Of a DNA stretch of 64,000 nucleotides, positions 13,681 through 24,674 are shown piece by piece. The stretch's first letter is position 1. Each line of letters opens with the position of its first letter. A model generated the notes under the pieces. It made no database searches. It was not told the DNA's origin and worked only from the letters and a program-made list of their open reading frames with translations. Both the position numbers and the translations under genes were made by a program. Source of the stretch: Lobosporangium transversale (Eukaryota); assembly GCF_002105155.1 (NCBI RefSeq), contig NW_019028996.1, forward strand, positions 62,001-126,000, given 5' to 3'.

Positions 13681-14981
13681 TCAGAGTTGTGAAGATTGGG
13701 CCGGTACCGATGAGATAAATTGCTTAAATCCGATCAATGCATCTGGATGATTCCAAAAAATAAGCGAGACTTCTGAATAGACCTAATATGAGATGGTGCG
13801 GATGAAGTATAAAAAGAGGTTGAGACTCAAGAGTTCTTACATTGGGTATCATCAACTCATAATAGCGTTGAAAAGGATGATCATGATGTTTTACCTGATC
13901 GAGAGTCCACCCATTATACTGATATTTTTCCAGTGCAATAATAAATCTGTCATACATTGATAGATCGTTCTTGGCTTCGAGCTTAATTTCGTGGAATGGT
14001 ATGTGTTACAGGAAAGGAAGAGATAAATGGGTATTCTACTTTCATTGATTATGACGAGTTGGCCATGTGACGAAAGAGCTTTTTTTACCTTGACAGTTTG
14101 TACAAAGTCTTTTGCTTCGATAAATTCAGGGGATACAACCAGTTCTTCTGGCGGTGCTTTTGATATGATCCTTGGCTCTGTCACTTCTACACCAGAAACA
14201 ACCGAAGGAAGGAAATTTTGGAACCTCTGTAACAAATGAGAGTGATTCCGCAGAATTATCGAGACGTAAAAGTATAACTGGAGAAGCAGATATGATATGA
14301 GTTCAAACAAAAATAAATAAATAAAAAAAAAAAAAGCGCTTGAGTATGCTATGCCTCTACTTCTGTTATTGCTTCGCCTATTTTATCTCTCACTGTTTTA
14401 TATTTCTGCTCTTACGTTTGCATAGTTATGGTCCTTTTGGAATTTTCGAAGAAGGGTAATCAAATGTTGATACATATTCGGTTCTTGTTGCGATAGTTCC
14501 TGAAAGCCAAAATGCAAAATACATAATGAATTGTCATGCGTCATGTGTATAACTTTTTTTTTTTTTTTTTTTTTTTTATATATATATAAAAAAAAAAAAA
14601 AAAAAAAGCTGTGTATTCTTCGACTGCCTCTTTCATACCTTGATCATACTCAGGAAATCTGCTGCCGCGCCATCTCTTCCATTAGTACTAAAGTTTTGTG
14701 CTGGCTGCTGAACGCCCATTACTGAGAAATAAATAAATAAAAGGTCAACGAGGCATGTCCATAGTATATACTTTTTTTTTTTTGGATGATGAATATATTT
14801 ACCTGGTGTAGCTATCAATGCGGCGGGTATAGTTGCTCTGGTTGTAGCTGGAGATCCAACGTTACTTACTTCTATTTTAGACGCGTTTCCCTTATAATCC
14901 GAATACATCATTGGCTAGGAATGTAAAATGGGAAATTGACCATTTGAATAAGACCATTTTTTTTTACTTATTATTTATTTA

Positions 14982-15018
<37 letters not shown>

Positions 15019-15998
15019 TACGTACCGGCACTAATTGATTCAAAATTTCCTGTGCTTCTGGCAGAAATTCTTTGAATCCGAGTAAAAGATCTGGTTGATC
15101 CTGGAAAAGAGTCATCACTGTTTGTACCATTCGATCTAATGGTAGGCTTCGATACAAAATCAATCATATTTTTTTGTCATTGCTCTTATACGGTTAGGAG
15201 CAATAGTGATAATACAACTATACTTATAGGAAAAAAAAAAGAAAAAACGTAATGGCTGTATATAGCAGCTTTGTCTCATACTTTTGATTATGGTATTCCC
15301 CGAGAGCGGACAAAAACTCTGTGTACACCTTGGGGTTATTTTCATAGGCCTTCTTTACAGACCCAACATAATCTACGGCGTTTTTAAAGATTGGCGATTC
15401 CTGTGTCATATCAGTTATTGGTTGCGGGTTGCCTGTTACTGCGCTGACAAACGCCGAAGTGGCTGCTGCTGTTCCATCATCCTGTGATGTTGAAGCCCTA
15501 AAAAAAATTGATCCGAAGAATATAAACTTGATTCAGTACATCCTTTCTTCCCCGTCTTTCTTACAACCTGCGCATGATACCTTTTTTTTTTTTTTTTTTT
15601 TCTTTTATGAAGGCGGTGGTCCTCTTTGTTCTCCAATGTTCCTATGTCGTACTATAACACACTTACTCATTGCTACGAGAGTTTTGCGCGAGAGAGACTA
15701 GGAGTTCAGCAACAGCCATACGTGCTTCTGCAGGCTGCTGTTGCTGTTGTTCTGTAGCTGTCATATTACTCTGCACTGCATCTGTGACATCTTTCATTAG
15801 AGCATCCGCGTCCGTGGAAGTGGTGGTAAGATCCATTGAGACATCCGCTTGAGTTGCATCGCTCCCATTGTTGAGAGCAAGACTAATGTTATGGATGGTA
15901 TTGGCCGTATCGAGCGGCGCGACAACAAGTGAATGAGCAAATGACGCGGCGGAACTACACTCGTCCTGATCCGTAGTAGAATCCAGAGGCGTGTTCAT
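13681..15998 (-). CDS. Paired amphipathic helix (PAH) repeat protein, Sin3-like but PAH-only, about 440 aa, 9 exons
   Basis: Spliced translation gives three PAH units: NAVDYVGSVKKAYENNPKVYTEFL..LFQDQPDLLLGFKEFLP; AAADFLSMIKELSQQEPNMYQHLI..ILRNHSHLLQRFQNFLP; EAKDFVQTVKLEAKNDLSMYDRFI..IFWNHPDALIGFKQFI. Stop TGA at 13683-13681. Confidence 0.8.
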
Positions 15999-16533
15999 CG
16001 GAGAGAGACTTTTTCCTGTTCTTCCTTGTGTTATTAGCTCAAGGTGTAATTTTTTTTTTTTTTTTTAAATAACAAATAAAGGGGTTATTGGTTTTGATGG
16101 AGAAAAGGTCAAAGTGAGTGAATAAAAAAATAAAATAAAATAAAATAAAGAGTATGAATATTTATATCAATAAACAGAGATGTAGAAGCAAAGGATTTGG
16201 TTGGAAGGAAAACGATAGAATTGTCTCTTCCCCTTCTTTTTCTTTTCGCCGTTCAAAGAAATGTGTGCCACAAAGGCTTGACCCTTAATCATGAAATCAT
16301 GAAGTGATGTGCTTGATTGCAATTAATTTATTCATATTTTATAGTTTTTACTTTCTATTCTATTCAATCCAGAAGCTTGCTCGGAAATAGAATAAAAATA
16401 AAAGAATAAAAAAACGTGTAGGCACCATGCTTAATCATCCTGAGCCAATTTTAATCATGGACGATATTACTCTCTATTTCACGTAAACCTCTTTATTTTT
16501 GTTTCTTCATATCATCATTCTTTTCTCCTGACT

Positions 16534-16569
<36 letters not shown>

Positions 16570-16570
<1 letters not shown>

Positions 16571-17220
16571 CATGCGCGCTCCTTGCCTTTGGAGGATCTT
16601 GTGATTTCTACTTCCTCAGCCTCATCTTCCAAATCATCTAAATCCGCCACGGCCTCTGGTTGCGCAATATATACATTCTCCCATACTCCTTCTATAAGAA
16701 ACAGAATAAAAAGGTGTAAATTTTTTTTTTTTATACAATTAAATGCAGTAAAAAGTGATGAAGAAGCATACCAGGGGTCTTAAAGGTCATAGCGATGACT
16801 TGCTGGTCCACAAGACCAGAGTCTGCTAAGGATTTCGAGTCGGTTAGCTGCTGGTACTGGTTAGGATCCTTTTTGCTTGGAATATAAAGCTGGATCTGCG
16901 TCGATGAGGTGATATGACCTCCAGAATCTGCGTCGTTCTTGTTCTTCAGAGTTGTGATTAATGCTTTAACAATGCGCTGCTTGAGTGCTGCGACCGTATC
17001 CGTCTTGGGATTGGCGCTATTAATGAAGATGGTTTGTGTATGACGCTTGACACGGTAGTATTGCGAAGAAGCCTAAAGAAAAACAGAGTACGTAACCAAA
17101 TTGCATGATCCTGAGTTAATGAATCTTTTTTATCCGTGTCCTCATGCATCCTTGACTTGGTCAAATCCCGCTGCTCATCTCTAAAAACGGGGAATGTAAA
17201 GTATCAATCGCATTTACCAT
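16570..17220 (-). CDS. Elongin-B-like ubiquitin-fold protein, 141 aa, 3 exons: 17220-17218 (ATG only), 17072-16772, 16691-16570
   Basis: Not in the ORF track. ATG|GTAAAT..TTCTTTAG|GCT and G|GTATGC..TTATAG|AA splice in frame to give MASSQYYRVKRHTQTIFINSANPKTDTVAALKQRIVKAL..QIQLY..QLTDSKSLADSGLVDQQVIAMTFKTPEGVWENVYIAQPEAVADLDDLEDE.. ending KGKERA*. Confidence 0.75.
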
Positions 17221-17498
17221 GCTGAATGCGCTTTGTTATTTCCTAGAAATTGAATGAAGTGAGGTGGATGTGGAGGAAAGAAAAAAAAAAAAAAAAAAAA
17301 AAAAATGGTGGCGTTCTTCTAATGTGTATATTTTCTCATTTAATGTTTCCAGTTGCTTGCTTGTTTGCATATTTCACACTACCAAGCATTCTAGGCAAAA
17401 CTTCATGAGCTCTATCACACTGGATATCACTGGTTACTTTGTGGACATGAACTCTTATCATTCTCTAGATCTCTTATAGGAAGGTCATTCAAGCCACT

Positions 17499-19437
17499 TT
17501 ATCTGCGCCCAGATCCATCGGCAACAACGACTCTCCTGCCCGATGGTGTACTCGTACGTGATGTAGTCCGTGAATTAGAATTAAGTATTATCCTTGAGAC
17601 TTGCTCAGGAGATCCGAAGTGGCGTGACATCCTCTCTCCTGAAAATGACACATTTCTCTCAATAAGGCCAGGATCTGACATGGTGGTGCCAGCTGTTCCA
17701 CGGTATCTTTCTTTTCTTGGTAAGGGACCTGATCCCGACCTTGACGGTGGTATGCTAGAACTAGTGTCCCTAGTTCCGTCTCCAGCCTCTTCACCTTGTT
17801 GATTCTGCTGGGTTTGAGGCTCGTCATCATCGAAAAAGCTCATAACACTGCCACTGGTTGCCCTGGTAAAAACCCCATTATTCGACATCCGGTGTCTTGT
17901 TTGCAGGCGCTCTGAACCCCGGCTTTCACGTGGGCGATTTGGCGGAGGGCCTGCCCAGGGGTCATGATGCATGACGTTTAATGTGGAGGGCGTTTGTGGT
18001 GACTACAGAAAATGAAAAGAAAGAAAAGAAAAGAATGAGGACATGGGAGAGAAATTGCACACTTGTCCCTTTCTTTATATATCATCCACTTACTGAGATC
18101 CTGCTCGACCACCCATCATGGTCATCACTCTCTTCTTCTTCTACTTCCTCGTCTTCCGCCATCACCATATCCACATTTTGATCATATAGTGCGCTTTCTT
18201 GGGTCACAATGATAGGTTGGCCATGCTGTTGTGGAGGCCAGATGGAATTTTCTTTGTATGACTGATTATTTTCATCTTTGAATGTAACCCATTCATCTTC
18301 TATGGAATTATGCGCAGTTGGGCCTTTATACTGGCGAAGTTTTAGTTCCCATGATGAACGTCGAATGCGTTCTTCATCTGATATCCATTTTGATTCCAGG
18401 CTATATAACGGCTCTGTCGCCAGTGCCTTGGCGATTCCTTTTAGAATAGCCCGTAAAGCCTTCATATCGCCAACCTGGATCCACACCGGAATTTCATCTG
18501 ATCGCGTTAATTGGTTTTTCGAGATACCCACTGACAATCCTGCGCTTCGTGACACGGTCTCAAGGTCTGTTGGTGTCATATCTTTATGAGCACATGATAT
18601 TAGATCCTTCTCCTCTACAAGGTAGGACATGAGTCCGCCCGATATATGGAGTATATAGAGAGCTATCTTTTCATGCATGCTTAAAATGATACTCAAAGTC
18701 CAAGGCGTCGGATCATTACCAAATTTGTGCATACCCATGTCCGCTCGACGCTCTTGCTCCATCTGATAATCTGTTTTTGCTGCTCTAAAGAGCGATTGTC
18801 CATAATCTTCATCCTTTTGATCTCTTTTATCTTTGTCACCATGCTTCGATAGCTTGGTGCCATTATGTGCTGGCGGCCCAATGATATCACATATTGACGG
18901 CCTGGCAAGATATATTAGCGGCGGGATGCTTGGAGTAGAATCATTAACGTCCTGGTCTCCCGTGATCGGCGACGATGGTGAAGAGGATGTTGGTGGTGAT
19001 GATGAGGAATAAGATCTTCTGTATTCAAGGATATCTCCAGATAAAATTGTTTGTGGATTCTTTGTGAATGTATATTGATTGTGTGAAAGGTCTGAATCAG
19101 TTCGTGACAGTTCCCTATTATTTTCATCTATTCTTGTGGATAGCCCATTGGTTTCGTGAACTGATGGATGCAGAGTCTGGATGCCCAGCCCAGCCCACGG
19201 GGATATCACCTGCTGTGGTGGAGAGGTTGGACTAGGGTTGTTGACAAGGAGTTTTCCTGTAATCGCGTCTGCGACATCCATAGGAGAACCGTAAACATCA
19301 AAGCGGAAGTCGTGTTGATGGATAATGACGGGGTAAAGCCCCATAGTCTCTTCTAAGCACCCCATGATACCGAGGTTAGTCGGTCCTAAGTGGAAGCGAA
19401 GTCGTATATTGTGAAATGCAGTCGGTTGCTCGTCCAT
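17499..19437 (-). CDS. Hypothetical protein, about 615 aa, 2 exons: 19437-18094 and 18002-17499
   Basis: The 451-aa ORF ends over a GTAAGT donor. A phase-0 acceptor (TTCTGTAG) joins it to the frame of the 157-aa ORF. No family recognised. Confidence 0.7.
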
Positions 19438-20170
19438 AGTTTGATGAATGAATTAATGATTGAGACTCTTGTAAATTATGAAGAAATGAATTGACAACTG
19501 ATCATAAACAACGATGAATCGCCAATAAGATGTGGAGTGATCGCAAGTGCAACACAGCCCTAGAATACGTGATTTAAAAAAAAAAAAAAAAAAAAAAATC
19601 ATATTCTTTATCTCGCCGAGCTGTGTCCTGGTTTAAAGTTGCCAGTGTTTCAATCCCTGATCTTCTTGTCCAAATCAAGCTGTATAAATATACACATAAA
19701 GTCTCGAATGCGATGAAGCCATGTCTCTAGGAGGATGCCCACGTACCTCGTCAATTGTGATCTGTGTTCTGGCCTGATCAAGGTTATAGTTCAATCGCGC
19801 CCTTGTTCTTACTTACACATCCTTTCATCATATCTCTGGTACAATCAATGGTCTTCCTTCATTGTTTTTATTTACCGAATTAAGAACGCTTCACGCGCTC
19901 GATTACGATACTGTAACTTTCGGATAACGGATATCAAATACCAGAATTCCATTGATATTTTAGTTTTTAATGAAAAGAAATATACCTCTCATACTATACC
20001 TACCTGCTTGTCTCTCTCAAGATGTAATACCGGATGCAAAATGTCAAAGGTTTGGGGCTTGAAGAATGGAGTATAAGACAGGGAGGATATTTTTTACTTT
20101 AAAGAAAGTCTAGGATTTGGGCGAAGCGGTTGAGCGATATCCATTCGGGCAAAAACTACAATTCGATTAA

Positions 20171-20202
<32 letters not shown>

Positions 20203-21944
20203 GGTGCAACAAATGCCTTTGACGACACTTCAATCCATCGCCTTTCAGCTCTGTGATGGGTCATATCAGATAACTATAATATATATTAGTAGGAAATGTA
20301 CACGTTGAATGAGTCACCTTAGAAAATGACAGCTCCGCACACGTTGGATAATTGCCCAAGTGTATAAACTAATTGACCATCATTTCTTTTCAGCTCGCGG
20401 CTGTAGGTCGCTTCTTACTCCTCCCTGTCATTTCCTTCCAGTGAAAAACGCAAGTATAGACTGAAGTATTCATCAAAGCAAGGAGTCATAAACAGAAACT
20501 ACTGGAATGAATGAAACGGTTCGTCAAGAAGCACTGAACGGACAGACCCATGACGTCCGAATTACCCGGACTTTCCTAAACAGGCCGTGTTTCATCGACG
20601 ACACAAATAAGAATGAAAATTTACAAGTCATGCTAAACTATGCACTCGTTATTGCTATTTATTACTATTATTATTATTTATTACTACTATCGGTTTTAAT
20701 CGATCGTCATTAGGCGAAAGCACTCTAATATGCTGAAACTCTTCGAAAGAGACCGACAGTACTCTTCCGAACCATCCCCTCCCTCAATAACCCATAATGC
20801 CGCAACAGCGTGTACTTGTAATTCTATTGAAGCAAGAACATGGCATTTTGCCCAGGAAGTATGATTATCTCCAAAATAAAAAAGTCGAATGTATTAAGTA
20901 TACGTTCACTCCAACGCCTGCTCAACAATATGTTGTCAACTAATTTGCCTGCTGGATCATCGGTATAGCAGACTAATCAATTAATCTCGAATCTTGAAAG
21001 TAACACACCACTAGACAAAAACCATGAAAAGCCTACAAAGGATTCGGAGGATCATGGAGTATAGTCAGATATGAATATATCATCAGAGTATTAGGACTGA
21101 ATCATGACCTAAACAGTGAGGATTTCACTGGTCATTGAAAGCATTCTGCTCCTCTTTAATCGAATTTCGGTGGTAGCTTCAGAAGACGAGAAAGAGCGTT
21201 ATTGAGGCATACAGAGAATTTCATGATCATTAATATAGTCAGATGACAAGCCAACTTCTATTCATTTATTGACTACAACGTCAATTAAAGAAGGAGCTGG
21301 CAGCTACTGTGCACATAGTTATTAGTGGTCTGGGAAGTACTTCTATTTAAGCCTGAGATCGCTACATGGCCATATACGAACTCTTTGATGTAGAAGAAAG
21401 TATTGATTGGAGGTGATTCAACTTGCATCTTTCATGGGTATTTCAGGGCTCTTTTCTTGGTATGTTGTCATCCGACTGAATGAATATATTTCGTCCCGCA
21501 AGTGCCCTCCTGCCATAACAATATGGCTCAAGCTGTCGAATATATCGAGATCAGGGGATAAGTAGCCTCTGAAACGCAGTTATCGGTTACCTACGCGATC
21601 AACAGAAGTTATTGTGTCTACGACTGGATGATGAGCAAAAGTACTAATCGTGGACAAATTCACTTACGGTGGTTGCGACTGGGGAAATGTAGAATCGGCC
21701 TCATGGACGTGAGAGGTTAGCAGAGGATAAAGTTGGATCATCTAAAGCTTTTAAAACAACTTTGTACAATAGCAAGTGTACCAAGTATCCCAGCCTATTA
21801 GATAATGATGCTGGGATTGTGTTGTTTCCAACTAGTGTTTGTGTTTATTCATCAAAAGAGTTTTTTTTTATTAAGATGCAAATGATTATCATTATAGTAG
21901 CTATGGTACACGGAGTAAGGAGTAGAATATATATTAAATCGCCA

Positions 21945-24146
21945 TTATAAGCGACTTGACCCATAGACAGGACCCATGTCACTCATCTCTGGTATGGAGT
22001 CGTGACCAGACGACAAGGACGAGAGCGAGCATGTATCGACAGAATCCATGTCTTGTTCTTCATCGTATCTTGTGGATCCTGAGCTACTGGCGCCACCAAA
22101 GCTTGATCGTGGTGCTGCAGACAGTGCAGATGCTGAAGACGCTGCTGTTCCTGCACTCAAGTAGTCAAAGGGATGAAGATATGTTGCAGGCGCCGAGGGC
22201 TCAATGCCAGATTGAGAACTCGAAGCATGCTCAGTGGTCAATGATATGGAGGGTATTACAGATGAATGTTGCGTAAGTGGGACAGAGAGGTGTTGGTGTG
22301 GTTGTGGGCGCTGCTGGCTCAGATAGATTGTATCATCTTGGATCTCCACCATTGGCGGTGCTCTCGAGAGACGGGACTCGCTTCGAATATGTCCCTGAGG
22401 ATGTTGAAGCGTGGGTGAGGGGCACGTAGTTGGGTCTACTATTGATGATGCCGAAATTACTGAGCTGCTCTTACGTTTGCCATGATTCTCATTTGAGACC
22501 GCAGTAGCAGTTGAGGTGTAAGAGTCATGACTTCCAGGTCCAGGGCCCGGTCGTGACGAGGAAAACCCATGAGAGTAGCCTTCCTCCATTTCTCTTTCAT
22601 CAAAACTCTGTACTCTGTTACAGGATCGCCAGCCTCCAGATCTTTGGCCACTTGTTGGTGAACCGCATATGACTTTATTTTCTTCACTCTTAGCGCAGAT
22701 TGTACTCACGTTCTCATCAAAGAAACTGGTGCCAATCACAGATTGGCGTTGCTGATAGCTGCCGGTCCCTTCATTTGCCATAGCGCCGGCATGAGTCAAA
22801 TTCGCTTCAAGCATTTCAGTTGGTTCCTCGTCGTCCGCATACACGTCGCCCTCACCATGTACTTCAACTGTTGTGTCTGTGATGGTCCTACTAACGAGAA
22901 ACATGGCTGCGATGGAGAAGCCGCATAAGATCCAATTGATGATGAGATAGGCTCGCAATGGTGTTTGGGCAAGGTCGAGTGGCGCTGCAACGGCACTCCC
23001 GAGTGATTGGATTGACTTGAAGAACCCAGCATAGCGCGAGAGTTCTTCATGTTTATTGGAGAGAGCGCCCATGAGCCAGTAACAGTATACTGCAAAAGCC
23101 GCATCGCAGAAACCAAACATAGCATAGATGGTGAGAGGTCCTGAGTAGGTATCGCCGTGTTCAAAATCAATCAAGTCTTTACTATTGGGCGCCCTTCGTT
23201 CCCAGTTGTATTTGTGTTGCATTAGCAGCGCCCCGATCCATGTAGAATTGAATAAAATTGCTACCACCAACAGACCTAGTAAAGCCCTCCTAGGTCGCTT
23301 CATAGGAAGCCGATCAAGCAGCATTCCAATGATTAGTGCTCCAAGGATCTGTGCCACCCAGAAGATAATGGAATTAAGGGAGCGTGTACGGATGTTAAAA
23401 GTAAAACCGTTAAAATCATTGAATTGGTATGTATAGGAGAAGTTGGAGAAGAAGAATGCAGGGATTAAGAGGAGCATACGCCAATCACAGAAGACTGATA
23501 GAATGGCAACAAACTCGGCCTTGACGCCAGCAAATTCGGCTACAACCACAGGTTCACCATTATCTCGCACGATACTGGAAGGACGGACGAGAAAGATGGC
23601 TAGAAATGTGGCGGAGCCCATGAGGGCCATGTACACGATGTATGTTGAGGGTGAAAAGTCGTCGGGATCCATCCCTGGACGGCTATTCATGACGAGAGGG
23701 AAGACAGATCCAAGGACGGCGCCGAGGTTGAAGATTGACCAAAAGCAAGCTATATACTTGCCCTTGTTGTCTTCAGTCGGATAAGACATCATCATTGCTC
23801 CTTGTGTGACCCAGATGCATCCGGCACCAAGTCCCAGTAGGATGCCGGCAAGAGGGGGGTAGATCGAATGTTCATTATCTTTTGCAAGCATCATTGCTCC
23901 GGCGTACAGGAAAAAAGTGAGGCCGCCAAAGGCTACACAGGGTCGTGGTCCAAGCATGTTATGTGTTCCTCCGGCAACAAGGAATCCGATGATGTAGGCG
24001 ATAGAGGAGGAGGTAATAGCGAGGTTCTGAGCTGTAGGTGAATGTTTTCCAGCATTTCCGATCGAAGACATTGCATTGAACATTCCAATGGTGCCAAAGC
24101 AAATGACGCCGATCAGAATGATCTGACGCATGGCTTTAGAGACCAT
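21945..24146 (-). CDS. UNC-93-like (DUF895-type) MFS membrane protein with long disordered C-terminal tail, single exon
   Basis: 733-aa ORF with many hydrophobic segments. Motifs GMFNAMSSIG, IWVTQGAMMMSYPTEDNKGKYIACFWSIFNLG, FSNFSYTYQFN..FNIRTRSLN, YWLMGALSN..RYAGFFKSIQSLG. Confidence 0.9.
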   Translation of the reverse strand: MVSKAMRQIILIGVICFGTIGMFNAMSSIGNAGKHSPTAQNLAITSSSIAYIIGFLVAGGTHNMLGPRPCVAFGGLTFFLYAGAMMLAKDNEHSIYPPLAGILLGLGAGCIWVTQGAMMMSYPTEDNKGKYIACFWSIFNLGAVLGSVFPLVMNSRPGMDPDDFSPSTYIVYMALMGSATFLAIFLVRPSSIVRDNGEPVVVAEFAGVKAEFVAILSVFCDWRMLLLIPAFFFSNFSYTYQFNDFNGFTFNIRTRSLNSIIFWVAQILGALIIGMLLDRLPMKRPRRALLGLLVVAILFNSTWIGALLMQHKYNWERRAPNSKDLIDFEHGDTYSGPLTIYAMFGFCDAAFAVYCYWLMGALSNKHEELSRYAGFFKSIQSLGSAVAAPLDLAQTPLRAYLIINWILCGFSIAAMFLVSRTITDTTVEVHGEGDVYADDEEPTEMLEANLTHAGAMANEGTGSYQQRQSVIGTSFFDENVSTICAKSEENKVICGSPTSGQRSGGWRSCNRVQSFDEREMEEGYSHGFSSSRPGPGPGSHDSYTSTATAVSNENHGKRKSSSVISASSIVDPTTCPSPTLQHPQGHIRSESRLSRAPPMVEIQDDTIYLSQQRPQPHQHLSVPLTQHSSVIPSISLTTEHASSSQSGIEPSAPATYLHPFDYLSAGTAASSASALSAAPRSSFGGASSSGSTRYDEEQDMDSVDTCSLSSLSSGHDSIPEMSDMGPVYGSSRL

Positions 24147-24640
24147 GGCTTGAAGAGAGTGTTATTGGCTTGTTTATTCTCAGTCGGATAATTAGATGAA
24201 GGAGAGGGTGTGGAAGGAGGGAGGGGATGGAAGAAGAATGAGGTAGCCAAGGAGGAAATCAAGGGCAACAAAGCAGGGATGGATATGCAAGGACTAACTG
24301 CCATGCCAAGTGGAGGGAGGAAAGGGGACGTTCGAAAAGAGCAGGTTCTGGAGTTCTGGCGAGGAGACAGGAGGAAGAAGAATTGGATCTTGACTAGAGG
24401 GTGAGGAAGAACTAAGGTAGCGCAAAAGATGGCAGTGGTATAGAGGGAAGAGGTAAAAGAAGAGGAAAGGAGGTGGAGGAGGTCGAAGGGACAAAAGAAG
24501 AAAGCGTTAGTTAATGAGATTATTATAGAAGAGGCGTTGTTGGAAATGATTGACGACTGAGGCTAGAGCTGGAACAAGGTAAGGAGGATGATTTGTTAAA
24601 ATTCTAAATTGTGCACAAACATTCCACACCTTCCGCAAAG

Positions 24641-24641
24641 T

Positions 24642-24673
<32 letters not shown>
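24641..24673. repeat. (GA)n microsatellite within a long polypurine tract upstream of the MFS gene
   Basis: Seen directly in the sequence. Confidence 0.85.
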
Positions 24674-24674
<1 letters not shown>

